Positions 9,244 through 19,337 of a stretch of DNA of 64,000 bases are shown piece after piece; within the stretch, counting starts at the first letter, position 1, and each line of letters opens with the position of its first letter. Both the position numbers and the translations under genes were made by a program. Source of the DNA: a virus (Duplodnaviria; Caudoviricetes); IMG/VR virus record IMGVR_UViG_3300031555_004309, positions 33,440 through 97,439 of that record. One strand, 5' to 3'. The notes below the pieces were generated by a model that was not told where the DNA came from, made no database searches, and worked only from the letters and a program-made list of their open reading frames with translations.

Positions 9244-11594
9244 ATTTAAAAGTAATGACAGAAGAAAATTTTATAATCTATGCTGGAATGGTCATTCAAA
9301 AAAGAGCATTAGTAGATGTTAGAGATTGTCTGAAGCCTTCTGCACGCGAATTAATGTATGCTCAATATATTGATAAAATAGATTGGAAGCATAAGTATCA
9401 AAAAAGTTTAAAATCTGTAGGTTCTGGCACATCTCATTTTTATGTTCATGGTGATACTTCTGCCTATGGCGTTCTTATACGAATGGGTAAGCCTTTTGTT
9501 ATGAGATATATGTTAGAAGATGTTAATGGTAATGCTGGTACTATGACAGCAAATGGTAATGAGGCATCTTCTCGTTATACTGAAATGAGGTTATCCCCTA
9601 TTTGTACTAATCTTTTTAATAGTATAGATAAAAATAGTGTCAAATTATGGTTCAACAATTATGATAATACGGAAATCTACCCTTCAGTATTTCCATCATT
9701 AGGATTTTATAATATCGTTAATGGAACTATGGGTATTGGTGTTGCATTAGCCTCTTCTATTCCTCAATTTAACTTGAAGGAAGTTAATGCGGCCCTGGTG
9801 ACACTTTTGAATAATCCCAATGCAAGTTTTGAGGAACTTTACTGCGCACCTGATTTTGCTACGGGCGCAATTCTGATAAATGAAGAAGAAGTAAAGGAAA
9901 GTTTAAAGAATGGACACGGTAAAGCGTGTAAATTAAGAGCGTGCATTGAATATAATGAGAAAGAGAATTGTTTAGTAGTTACTGAAATTCCATTTGGAGT
10001 TTATACAGATAATATCTGTATGCAAATTGCAGAAATGGTAAAGGAAAACCCAACTTGTGGTATTGATAAGTGTGTTGATAGGACGAAGACTTCTCCTGAA
10101 ATTAAGATTTTCTTAACTAAGCGCGCGAATGTACAGCAAGTGGTAAAAGAATTGTATGCAAATACAGACCTCCAATCTCATTATAGTATTAATATGACAA
10201 TGCTTGATAATGGTACAAGTCCTCGTGTCTTCACTTGGAAAGGAGCATTATCTGCACACTTAGCACACGAAAAAGAAGTTCTCACTCGTTCTCTTGAATA
10301 TGATAAGCAGAAGTATAGCGATAGATTAAATATTGTTGAAGGCCTCCTTATTGCTCTTGCTCGAATTGAGGAAGTAATTGCAGTTATCAAGAATTCCTTA
10401 GACGGCGCGAGCGCCAAGAAATCTCTTGTATCTAAATTTGGATTAAATGAAGAACAAGCGAAGGCTATTCTTGATATTAAATTAGTGAGATTAGCAAATC
10501 TTGAAACTGTTAAGGTTGAGAATGAGAAGAAAGAATTGATAAGTAAGATAGAAGAAATTAACACAATTTTATCTTCTCCTCTTAAACTGAATAAGATAAT
10601 TGAAGAAAAATTAAATGAGGTCGCTAAGAAATACGGAGATGCGCGCAGAACGCAAGTAATGAATCTTAATTTTGATGGGGAAGATGAAGAACCTATTGAA
10701 AAGAAAGAACTCATTGTCTATCTCTCAAATCGTGGTACACTTTATACAGAAGAAAAGTCTACTCTTCTCGTTCAAAGACGCGGTGGCAAGGGCACCCGCA
10801 TCAAAATGAATAAAGGCGAGTATGTTATTGACTCTATCGCAGACATAAACACTTCTGCGTGTTTGGCTTTTTCAAATAAAGGAAAAGTCTTCTCAATCGC
10901 ACTTTCAAAATTGCCAGAAAATGGAAAGATAAATTGTAGTGAGATTTTTGAACTTTCAGCAGGAGAAGAAATTGTTCGTATTCTTGCTTTTAACAAAATG
11001 TCTCAATATAACTCTATCTTGTTTACTACCAAGTGCGGCCTCGTCAAAAAATCCTCACTATCCGAATATAAATTCAGAAAGAGTAAAGGTATCATTGCCG
11101 TAAAACTTAAAGACGGAGATGAACTTGTCGGAATTCATTTTGCGAATAATGAGCCACTTGAATTCTTGACAAAAGAAGGAAAGTCTGTTATAATAGACAT
11201 AGAATCAGTAAATGCGACAGGAAGAGCAACTTCAGGAGTCTGCGGCATTAAGTTAAATGACGGAGACGAAGTCGTATGCACTCAGCTCATTCCCGATAAT
11301 ACAAAGTATATATTTACTGTTTCTAAAAATGGTATTGCGAAGAAAATTCCTTATAGTGAATGTTCTCTTGCTAATCGTGCGACTAAAGGCGTGTATATGC
11401 AGAAATTAAAAGATGATGATGAGATGGCTTATTTTCTTCCTCTTTCAAGTGAAGATAAAGAAATTACTCTCATTTCAAGTCTTAATACAATAAAAATTTC
11501 TCTTTCTCAAATTGTTGAGACGAGTAGAATGGCGCAAGGTGTATCTGCAAAGACTATGGGAGATAGAGAGAAGATTATAAAGGTGATTGTGTGA
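9213..11594 (+). CDS. gyrA: Type IIA topoisomerase/gyrase subunit A with beta-pinwheel CTD
   Basis: DCLKP, VHGD, catalytic SRYTE, PDFATG; QRRGGKG GyrA-box and CTD repeats. Confidence 0.95.
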   Translation: MEITKRFQQIDLKVMTEENFIIYAGMVIQKRALVDVRDCLKPSARELMYAQYIDKIDWKHKYQKSLKSVGSGTSHFYVHGDTSAYGVLIRMGKPFVMRYMLEDVNGNAGTMTANGNEASSRYTEMRLSPICTNLFNSIDKNSVKLWFNNYDNTEIYPSVFPSLGFYNIVNGTMGIGVALASSIPQFNLKEVNAALVTLLNNPNASFEELYCAPDFATGAILINEEEVKESLKNGHGKACKLRACIEYNEKENCLVVTEIPFGVYTDNICMQIAEMVKENPTCGIDKCVDRTKTSPEIKIFLTKRANVQQVVKELYANTDLQSHYSINMTMLDNGTSPRVFTWKGALSAHLAHEKEVLTRSLEYDKQKYSDRLNIVEGLLIALARIEEVIAVIKNSLDGASAKKSLVSKFGLNEEQAKAILDIKLVRLANLETVKVENEKKELISKIEEINTILSSPLKLNKIIEEKLNEVAKKYGDARRTQVMNLNFDGEDEEPIEKKELIVYLSNRGTLYTEEKSTLLVQRRGGKGTRIKMNKGEYVIDSIADINTSACLAFSNKGKVFSIALSKLPENGKINCSEIFELSAGEEIVRILAFNKMSQYNSILFTTKCGLVKKSSLSEYKFRKSKGIIAVKLKDGDELVGIHFANNEPLEFLTKEGKSVIIDIESVNATGRATSGVCGIKLNDGDEVVCTQLIPDNTKYIFTVSKNGIAKKIPYSECSLANRATKGVYMQKLKDDDEMAYFLPLSSEDKEITLISSLNTIKISLSQIVETSRMAQGVSAKTMGDREKIIKVIV
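11166..11194 (+). promoter_or_regulatory. Consensus SigA promoter embedded in gyrA
   Basis: TTGACA-17-TATAAT with TGn extension. Confidence 0.7.
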
Positions 11595-11947
11595 ATAATA
11601 AAAAATTTACAATTGAAGTTGAAATGAATGAGAGATGGATAAATACTTTCTGTTCTATGCTAAAAAGAATGGAATTAAATGGAAATATTGGTCATTCAGA
11701 ATGGATTGCATTATTTTCGGATGGGGACGGAGATTTTAGACCTCGGTTTTCTTTTTCTGATATATATAATGAAGTTTTAGATAAAAGTTCTACTATTGAA
11801 TCATTTCATAAAGAAGGAAAACCATATTTAGTACAACAGTCTAATTGGGAACCTTGGGAAGAAGCCATTGTATTATATGATGCAGACTATTGTAGGACAA
11901 CAAATGAAATTCAGGAGTTGAAAAATCACAATGAGCGAAGAAAATAA
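11591..11947 (+). CDS. Hypothetical phage protein
   Basis: ORF coupled to gyrA; DGDGDFRPRF motif. Confidence 0.7.
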   Translation: MNNKKFTIEVEMNERWINTFCSMLKRMELNGNIGHSEWIALFSDGDGDFRPRFSFSDIYNEVLDKSSTIESFHKEGKPYLVQQSNWEPWEEAIVLYDADYCRTTNEIQELKNHNERRK

Positions 11948-12359
11948 AGTAATAAAAGTAGATTTTGAAAAGGATGCGGCCGCAAACGAGGTAGAAGTAC
12001 TGCGCCGCAATCAATTCCAAAATAAATTCATAACAGATAGAAAAGATACTTTTGTTTCTATTTGTAACAAGGTTCTTGACTATTGCTATGATGCAAAAGA
12101 TAGAAACGAAATAAAATCGGAACTTTCTTCAGAGGCTCTCGATAATATCGATTCTATTTTAGAAGACCTCGAATCTATTCGCAAGAAAATTCAAATCGAG
12201 GCTCTTCTCGCAGATGAAGAAATTACTCGCATTATTCTCTGTTGTCAACTTCTCGCAAAAGAATTTATGGCTAATGCAGAAAACTATATTCAAGGCGCAA
12301 ACTCTTTGAACGGATATATTGAATTCTTGTTAGAAAAAAATTTGACTTCTGAAGAATAA
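11931..12359 (+). CDS. Hypothetical helical protein
   Basis: ORF with AGGAG RBS, in operon context. Confidence 0.7.
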   Translation: MSEENKVIKVDFEKDAAANEVEVLRRNQFQNKFITDRKDTFVSICNKVLDYCYDAKDRNEIKSELSSEALDNIDSILEDLESIRKKIQIEALLADEEITRIILCCQLLAKEFMANAENYIQGANSLNGYIEFLLEKNLTSEE

Positions 12360-12370
12360 TGTGATATAAT
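12342..12370 (+). promoter_or_regulatory. SigA promoter
   Basis: TTGACT-17-TATAAT with TG extension. Confidence 0.85.
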
Positions 12371-12447
12371 ATTTATGTAATAAAAAATAGCAGATGATAA
12401 GTCGGCTATGAGAATAAAATTATATTATCAAAAGGAGGATGTAAGTA

Positions 12448-12813
12448 ATGGCAGACATTAAGAAGACACTTACAGAGAAACAAGCACTTATTCACAAATT
12501 TTTGAAGGACACAGACGGCGAAAAGTTCACCGCTTATCAGATTGCTGATGCCACAGAAATTGAAAGAAAATCTATCAATGTTCTTGTTAACGGCATGGTT
12601 ACAAAAGGTTATTGTGTTCGTGAAGAAGGCACAACAGTAGACGAAGAAGGCAAGGAAACTGCTGTTAAATTTGTAGTTCTTACTGACGAAGGTCGTAACT
12701 ATGATGAAGCTGCAGCTGTTGCTCATGATGAGGCACTTGCTGCTGCAAGAAAAGAAGCTGAAAAGGCTAAGAGAGCCGCTAAGAAGGCTGCAAAGGAAGC
12801 TGCTGCTGAATAA
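12448..12813 (+). CDS. Winged-HTH DNA-binding protein with Lys/Ala-rich tail
   Basis: LTEKQ..I..FL, HTH (FTAYQIADAT), wing LTDEG; tail AKRAAKKAAKEAAAE; own promoter and terminator. Confidence 0.7.
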   Translation: MADIKKTLTEKQALIHKFLKDTDGEKFTAYQIADATEIERKSINVLVNGMVTKGYCVREEGTTVDEEGKETAVKFVVLTDEGRNYDEAAAVAHDEALAAARKEAEKAKRAAKKAAKEAAAE

Positions 12814-12830
12814 TTTCAACAGATAGTTTA

Positions 12831-12859
12831 AATGAGGGGATTCGTCCCCTCATTCTTTT
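12831..12859 (+). terminator. Intrinsic terminator
   Basis: AATGAGGGGA-TTCG-TCCCCTCATT plus T tract. Confidence 0.85.
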
Positions 12860-12880
12860 ACCTAAAATGAAGATTAAGGA

Positions 12881-13798
12881 GTGAAATTAAAAATGGGTAT
12901 TAAAAATTGGACAGATGGCGCACTGAATGAAGTTACAATGGATGGAATTTTAAACGAAGTTAATCTTCAGTCTAACACAGATAAAAGTGGCCGCCCCGTA
13001 ATTTATGGAGATTATGTTATTAAGACAACAAACCATATTGGTGATAAAGAATTTGTTGCCGAAGTTCCGATTAGAGTTTATCAATCACAGTTAACTTCAA
13101 CTGGTAAGCCTAATCCCGCATATGACACTGCATCAAAAATTATGAAGGAATTTACATCTGTCGCGGCAGGTGGAGAAGAAAATGCAGATTATATTCGCAT
13201 TAGTTCTTCAGGTAAACTTTCAGAAAATACTTTTATTTCAAAGACAACAGGTCAACTTGTTAGTACACCTGTTATTAGAGCAAGTTTTGCTAATAAAATT
13301 AAGAAGTCTGATGCTCAAGACGGCGCAAGATTTAAGACAATTATTGTTATAGGTAAAATTACGCCTGAACTTTCAAGAGATGGTGTTGAAACTGGTCGTC
13401 TTATTATAAAAGGTATTCTTCCTGTTTGGGGCGGTAAGGTTGAACTTATTGACTATATTGTCGAGAATCCTAATGTTGCAAAGCATATTGAAGGTAATTG
13501 GCAGGAAGGCGATACAGTTATGATTGGTGGTTATATTAACTTTGTTTCAAAGACAATTGAAACAGAAGAACCTAGTGGTTTTGGTGAACCTATCGTAACT
13601 CGTAGAACTATCTCTGTTAAGGAACTCATCATTACTGGTGGTCATGATGCTCCTCTTACAGAAGAAGAGGGCGCCTATGATAATGAAGCAATTGGAGTTG
13701 CTTTAAATGAGAGAAAGGCTAGAATGGATGAAAAGGTAAAGGCTGCGGCTCAGGCTGCAACTACATCTAAGCCAGCTTCTAATGGATTTGGATTTTAA
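12881..13798 (+). CDS. Probable single-stranded DNA-binding protein (SPbeta YorF-like position)
   Basis: OB-like beta-rich repeats, C-terminal Phe tail, directly upstream of the Sak4-like ATPase. Confidence 0.55.
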   Translation: MKLKMGIKNWTDGALNEVTMDGILNEVNLQSNTDKSGRPVIYGDYVIKTTNHIGDKEFVAEVPIRVYQSQLTSTGKPNPAYDTASKIMKEFTSVAAGGEENADYIRISSSGKLSENTFISKTTGQLVSTPVIRASFANKIKKSDAQDGARFKTIIVIGKITPELSRDGVETGRLIIKGILPVWGGKVELIDYIVENPNVAKHIEGNWQEGDTVMIGGYINFVSKTIETEEPSGFGEPIVTRRTISVKELIITGGHDAPLTEEEGAYDNEAIGVALNERKARMDEKVKAAAQAATTSKPASNGFGF

Positions 13799-13813
13799 TA
13801 GGAGGTCGATTAA

Positions 13814-14800
13814 ATGATTGACCTTCTAAACTTAGAGCCTACTAGAATTAGTAGGAATTTAAGAGGTAAGTATATGTTGTTTTACGGCTTACCAAAAGTC
13901 GGTAAAACAACTTTACTATCCAAATTCCCTAAATCTCTTATTCTTGAATTTGAAACAGGTACAAATGCTCTTAATAATGCTTATGTGCAACCTATTCAAA
14001 AGTGGACAGATGCAAAAGCGGTCTTAAGAGACCTTCGTAAAGATGACGTTAAAGAAAAATTTTACACAGTTTGTGTAGATACTGCAGATGTAGCATGGTC
14101 GCTTTGTGAAAAATATATATGTCAGCAAAATCAAGTTCAAAACTTGGGAGACATTCCTTGGGGCAAAGGATATGCACTTTGTAAACAAGAATATGAAGAT
14201 TTCTTCCGTGAAATAGCGATGCTAGGTTATGGTGTTATCTTTACTTCTCATAGTGCAGAAAAAAATATGAAGGACGAAAAGGGAAATGATTACATTTCTC
14301 TTGCGCCCGCCCTACCACAAAGACCATATGATATAGTTAATAAAATGGTGGATATTATTGGTTATATCCGTAGCATTAAAAACTATGATACAGGTGAGCA
14401 GAAAACTTTCTTATTTTTACGTGGAGACGATAGATTTGTAGCTGGTTCAAGATTTAAATATATTGAACCCCGTATTGAATTTAGTTATGAAGCACTTTCA
14501 AATGCGATTTATAATGCAGTTGACCAACAAGTCCAAGCAGATGGAACTGGTGCAGCGAGTGAAGAATATAATTCATTTTATAATACTTCAGAAGGACGTA
14601 CTTTTGAACAAATTAAAGATGAAGCAATTCAACTTTGGGACGATTTAGTTGTAAAACCTCAAAGTGAAGAAATGGCACAGAAAATTTCTTTCATTATAGA
14701 AAAGATTTTCGGTAAGAAAATGAAGCTTAGTGAGATAACTGAATCTCAAAAAGATTTGTTTGAGTTAGTTGTTTCTGAAATGAGGGAATTACAGAAATAA
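13814..14800 (+). CDS. Sak4/AAA_24-family ATPase (YorG-like recombinase)
   Basis: YGLPKVGKTT Walker A, VCVDT Walker B, FTSH, AGSRF. Confidence 0.8.
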   Translation: MIDLLNLEPTRISRNLRGKYMLFYGLPKVGKTTLLSKFPKSLILEFETGTNALNNAYVQPIQKWTDAKAVLRDLRKDDVKEKFYTVCVDTADVAWSLCEKYICQQNQVQNLGDIPWGKGYALCKQEYEDFFREIAMLGYGVIFTSHSAEKNMKDEKGNDYISLAPALPQRPYDIVNKMVDIIGYIRSIKNYDTGEQKTFLFLRGDDRFVAGSRFKYIEPRIEFSYEALSNAIYNAVDQQVQADGTGAASEEYNSFYNTSEGRTFEQIKDEAIQLWDDLVVKPQSEEMAQKISFIIEKIFGKKMKLSEITESQKDLFELVVSEMRELQK

Positions 14801-14809
14801 AAAGAAAAT

Positions 14810-14836
14810 AAGGAGAGAATGTAATATTCTCTCCTT
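14810..14836 (+). terminator. Hairpin, probable terminator
   Basis: AAGGAGAGAAT/ATTCTCTCCTT stem. Confidence 0.6.
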
Positions 14837-14858
14837 GTTCTTCTATAGGAGTGATTAA

Positions 14859-16055
14859 ATGTATCTTGTAGATACAAATGTATTATTAGAATATCCATCA
14901 GTTTTAAGAACTTATCAAGGTGAAATTAAAGTTACTTTATCAGTTGTAAAAGAATTAGATGAATTAAAGCGTAGTTTAAATGCGGAGACGGCATACAATG
15001 CGCGCCGAGCCATACATAAATTAAAGAGAGACGAAACAGTTAATTACTATCCGGAGGTAATTAAAAAAATAGTTGACGATGATTTGTTGGCGGTGGCGCA
15101 GAAAGTAGGAGATATTTTAATAACTAATGATTTAAATATTCACATTAAAGGAAAAGCATTAGGAGTAGAGTGTATTTTTTATGATAAAGTCGAAACTAAT
15201 TATACTGGTGTAAGATATTTAGAAGTTGAATGTGATGAGAATATTTATAATGAAGAATTAGAGGTTATTTTACAAGGAAGAGAGCCTCTCGAAGGAATGA
15301 AGGAAAATGAGTTTTTAATTATTACCGATAAGAACAGTGGAGATTTTATGTCTACTATGAAAGTTAAAAATGGAAAACTTGAATTAATAAAAGAAACTCA
15401 GATAAAAAACAGATTTATAAATACTATCTTTCCTCGTAATCAAGAGCAATCGTGCCTGTTTGATTTATTATGGGATAAAGATATTAGTATTATTCTTGCT
15501 ACTGGAGAATTTGGAACAGGTAAAAGTTTTATTTTAACTAATTTTGCATTTCATCAGTTAGATAAAGGATATATTAATAAAATAGTATATGTTCCCAATA
15601 ATTCTATCGTTGATAATTCAAGAGAATTAGGTATTTTGCCAGGTGACACAGTAGATAAAGAATTAATATATATGGGTCCTCTTCTCGACCTTATTGGTGT
15701 AGAATATTCGAGAGAATTCATTCGTCAGGGCAAGGTAGAAGTCGTACCTCTTTCAGTAATGAGAGGTCGTAGCTTTGAAAATTCTATTGTCATTGTCAAT
15801 GAAGCCCAAAATTTAACTACCGAGCATGTGAAATTGCTTGTCGCTAGGTGTGGCGAGGGTACACGAATTTTCTTTGATGGAGATATAAAACAGACAGATA
15901 ATCTTATTTTTAAAAATAAGAATGGACTAAAACTTCTTCTTCACCTTGCCGACAGTGAAGAATTTGCACCAATTTTTGGTACAGTTAGATTAAATTCTAT
16001 TGAAAGAAGTAAAACCGCACAGGCGAGTGCATACTTAGATAATCTCTTAATTTGA
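14859..16055 (+). CDS. phoH: PIN-PhoH ATPase
   Basis: N-terminal PIN (VDTNVLL, ITND); GEFGTGKS, LGILPG, MRGRSF, NEAQN, GDIKQ. Confidence 0.9.
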   Translation: MYLVDTNVLLEYPSVLRTYQGEIKVTLSVVKELDELKRSLNAETAYNARRAIHKLKRDETVNYYPEVIKKIVDDDLLAVAQKVGDILITNDLNIHIKGKALGVECIFYDKVETNYTGVRYLEVECDENIYNEELEVILQGREPLEGMKENEFLIITDKNSGDFMSTMKVKNGKLELIKETQIKNRFINTIFPRNQEQSCLFDLLWDKDISIILATGEFGTGKSFILTNFAFHQLDKGYINKIVYVPNNSIVDNSRELGILPGDTVDKELIYMGPLLDLIGVEYSREFIRQGKVEVVPLSVMRGRSFENSIVIVNEAQNLTTEHVKLLVARCGEGTRIFFDGDIKQTDNLIFKNKNGLKLLLHLADSEEFAPIFGTVRLNSIERSKTAQASAYLDNLLI

Positions 16056-16080
16056 CAAAAATTCAAAAATGTGATATAAT
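16052..16080 (+). promoter_or_regulatory. SigA promoter of the replication operon
   Basis: TTGACA-17-TATAAT with TG extension. Confidence 0.9.
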
Positions 16081-16110
16081 ATAAGTATAAACTAAAAAGA
16101 AGGTGAAAAA

Positions 16111-16581
16111 ATGGGTAGACCTTGTACTTGTCCTATCTGTCATAAGGTAATTCCGAATTCAGAAGAGTCCGTTCCTTATAAAAATAAACATTATCATCCA
16201 GAGTGTTATCAAGAACAAAAAGTAAAAGATGATTTGTATGAGTATATTTGTAGATTATTTACTTTTAAGGCGCCAGGCCCAAGAATATATTCTCAAATAT
16301 CAAAGTACATTAATCAAGGTTATACTTATAAAGGAATTTATCAAGCATTAGCATATTTTTATGAGATAAAGCATGGAGACATAAAAAAAGCAAATGAAGG
16401 TATAGGTATAGTGCCTTATGTTTATAATGAGGCACAACATTATTATGCCGAAAAACAAAATCAACAAGTAGAATTAGCAAAGAAAATTGGAGAATCAGTA
16501 GCAACAACAAATGTGACAAAAATCGTAAAACAAAAACCAAAAGAAAAAAAGAAATTGAGTTATGATATAGAAGACTTTTAA
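16111..16581 (+). CDS. Zn-finger protein upstream of the helicase (YorH-like, possible loader)
   Basis: CPIC...HPEC, GIGIVPYVY; SPbeta-like synteny. Confidence 0.6.
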   Translation: MGRPCTCPICHKVIPNSEESVPYKNKHYHPECYQEQKVKDDLYEYICRLFTFKAPGPRIYSQISKYINQGYTYKGIYQALAYFYEIKHGDIKKANEGIGIVPYVYNEAQHYYAEKQNQQVELAKKIGESVATTNVTKIVKQKPKEKKKLSYDIEDF

Positions 16582-16598
16582 TAAAAAGGAGTGATTAA

Positions 16599-18224
16599 GT
16601 GGAAAACAGAAATGTTGTTATGCAACTTTTTGGTTGTTTAATGAAGAATCCACTTCTTTTAGGTGAAGTCAACTCTTATAATTTAACTCCAGACGATTTT
16701 GAAAAGCGATTAGACAAACAGATTTTTGCAGGTATATATAATCTATTCCTTGGCGGCGCGGAACGAATAACTGTCGCAGATATAGACAATTATTTTAAAG
16801 GTCATAAGGCAATTTATGATAGTTTTGTAAAAGCAAATGGAATAGAATATTTGCAAGATGCGGAAGAATTAAGCGTAAGTGAGAATTTTCCTTATTATTA
16901 TTCGACTTTAAAGAAATATAATGCAGTAAAAGATTTGAAGAAAGCTGGTTTTGATACTTCAAGTTTTTATCCTGAAAATGTATTAGACGAGAATTATGAG
17001 AAGAAGATGGGCAGATTTGATGCAATGACTGTCCAAAATATCTTTGATGAAGTTCGACAAAAGTTGATAGAAGTAGAGGGGAAATACGGTGCGGGAACTA
17101 ACACAAAAACTTCAACTGCAGTTGAAGGGTTAGGAGAATTGTTGGAGTCATTAAAGAGTACTCCCGATATCGGTGCCGCACTTCAAGGTTCTCATTTTAA
17201 TACAGTAGTTAGAGGCGCGAGAAAAGGTGCGTTTTATCTGCAATCCTCTGGTACTGGTGTAGGTAAGACAAGAGGTATGATAGGAGATGCGTGTTATTTA
17301 GCATATCCTGTAATATATGATTGGTCGGTATCAGAATGGATAAGTAGTGGTTCTACAGAAAAAGTTTTATATGTAGGAACAGAACAGACAATTAGTGAAA
17401 TCCAAACTCTTATTCTTTCGTATTTATCTGGTATTAATGAAGAGAAAATAATTAGCAATAGGCTAACTAACATAGAACAACAAGTATTAGAACAAGCAAT
17501 AGATGTAATGACGCGATTCGAAGATAACTTCACGATTGTGCAATTGCCAGATCCTACGATCCAATTAGTAAAAGGTATAATTAGAAAAGAAGTTCTATTA
17601 AAAGATATAGAATATGTATTTTATGATTATATCTTTTCTAGTCCAGGATTATTAGGTGAATTTAGAGATTTGAGAATAAGAGAAGATGTTGTACTTGGAA
17701 TGTTATCGACAGCATTAAAGGATATTTGTGTAGAATTGCAAGTATTTTTAAAGAGTGCAACGCAAGTAAACGGCGACCTAATGGATATAAAAGGTATCCG
17801 TGACCAAAGATGTATTAGAGGTTCAAAGGCAATAGCAGATAAAATAGATTGTGGTGTTATTACAGCGAGAGTGACAAAAGAAGAGTTGATCACTTTAGGT
17901 AGATTAGGACAAGATAGTGGACTTATTCCTACTCAGGTAACAGATGTATATAAATTAAGACGTGGAAGATATAATAATGTAAGAATATGGAGTTCATTTA
18001 ACTTGGGCACTTGTAGAAAGAAAGATTTATTTATAACCGATGAGGATTTTAAGCCAATTGAAGGATTTGTTCCTGTTGAATTGAATTTTACAAGTATGGA
18101 GATTGGCGAAATTGATGAAATTGTGAGAATGTTAAATGAAGGAATAATGATTTCTTCTGTGGGTGAGGCCGCAATAAATATAGAAGATTTACAAGTTGAC
18201 AATCCAAAGAAATGGGAATTTTAA
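16599..18224 (+). CDS. dnaB: Replicative DnaB-like helicase
   Basis: SGTGVGKTR Walker A, FYDYI Walker B, ATQVN, RGSKAIADK. Confidence 0.88.
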   Translation: MENRNVVMQLFGCLMKNPLLLGEVNSYNLTPDDFEKRLDKQIFAGIYNLFLGGAERITVADIDNYFKGHKAIYDSFVKANGIEYLQDAEELSVSENFPYYYSTLKKYNAVKDLKKAGFDTSSFYPENVLDENYEKKMGRFDAMTVQNIFDEVRQKLIEVEGKYGAGTNTKTSTAVEGLGELLESLKSTPDIGAALQGSHFNTVVRGARKGAFYLQSSGTGVGKTRGMIGDACYLAYPVIYDWSVSEWISSGSTEKVLYVGTEQTISEIQTLILSYLSGINEEKIISNRLTNIEQQVLEQAIDVMTRFEDNFTIVQLPDPTIQLVKGIIRKEVLLKDIEYVFYDYIFSSPGLLGEFRDLRIREDVVLGMLSTALKDICVELQVFLKSATQVNGDLMDIKGIRDQRCIRGSKAIADKIDCGVITARVTKEELITLGRLGQDSGLIPTQVTDVYKLRRGRYNNVRIWSSFNLGTCRKKDLFITDEDFKPIEGFVPVELNFTSMEIGEIDEIVRMLNEGIMISSVGEAAINIEDLQVDNPKKWEF

Positions 18225-19337
18225 ATGATAGATTTACAAGAATTATTAAATAGTTTTACAGAAGAAGATATTATTGAAATAATGCAAGAATTGGGTGCAG
18301 ACAGATATGTGGTGCGCCCCGAAGCAATTATATTTCCAACCATTTGTCATAATGAGGATGCGGCAGAAGCAAGTTTGAAATTATATTATTATAAAGATTC
18401 AAAACTTTTTCACTGTTACACAGATTGTTCAAGTAGTTTTAATCTTATTAATCTTATACAAAAAGTTTGGGAATTAAGAGGATTAAATTTTGTTCAAACT
18501 CATAAAGAAAAGAAGAAAGATAATGATTTTTGTTTCTTTGATATTGTAAAGTTTCTTTTAGAAAAAGGTAAAGGAGATTTTTCAAATAAAAAGAATAATG
18601 AAGTTTATAGAAGTGATAGAGATAGGTTAAAAAGAAAAGAAAGACTCATCACCCTTCCTACATATCCTGAAAGTGTGTTGGATATTTTTGAAAAAAGTTA
18701 TCCTACTGAATGGATAGAGGAAGGAATTAGTGCGGCGGCACTATCTGAATATCATATTCTTTATTCTGTTAGAAGAAACAAAATCATTATACCTCATTAT
18801 GATGTAAACTCAAATCTTGTAGGTATTCGCGGGCGCGCACTAAACAAAGATGAAGTAGAAGAATTTGGTAAATATATGCCCGTAGAGATAGAAAAGAAAT
18901 GGTATGCCCATCCACTTGGACAAAATTTATATGGACTAAATCTAGTTCAAGATAATATCAAAAAATTAAAAAAAGTAGTCATTTTTGAAGGTGAAAAAAG
19001 TTGCCTAAAATATTTTGACTACTTTGGAAAAGACAACAATATTGCAGTTGCTTGTTGCGGTTCAAGTATAAATAAGGCACAAATTGACTTATTGATGAAG
19101 ACTTGCGCGCCATTGGAAATAGTAATTGCTTTTGATAAAGAATTTGAAAATGGAGATTATAAAGGAGAAGATAAGTATTTCCAAAAACTTTACTCCATAG
19201 GTCAAAAATATAATAAATATGCAAATTTCTCAATAATCTTTGACCATAAAGGATTATTAGGACTAAAAGACAGCCCTGTAGATAGAGGAATTGAAGTTTA
19301 TAAACAATTATTCAAGGAAAGAGTGATAGTTAAATGA
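18225..19337 (+). CDS. DNA primase (YorJ-like)
   Basis: Zn site (ICHN...HCYTDC), GIRGR, FEGEK, IAFD TOPRIM motifs. Confidence 0.85.
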   Translation: MIDLQELLNSFTEEDIIEIMQELGADRYVVRPEAIIFPTICHNEDAAEASLKLYYYKDSKLFHCYTDCSSSFNLINLIQKVWELRGLNFVQTHKEKKKDNDFCFFDIVKFLLEKGKGDFSNKKNNEVYRSDRDRLKRKERLITLPTYPESVLDIFEKSYPTEWIEEGISAAALSEYHILYSVRRNKIIIPHYDVNSNLVGIRGRALNKDEVEEFGKYMPVEIEKKWYAHPLGQNLYGLNLVQDNIKKLKKVVIFEGEKSCLKYFDYFGKDNNIAVACCGSSINKAQIDLLMKTCAPLEIVIAFDKEFENGDYKGEDKYFQKLYSIGQKYNKYANFSIIFDHKGLLGLKDSPVDRGIEVYKQLFKERVIVK

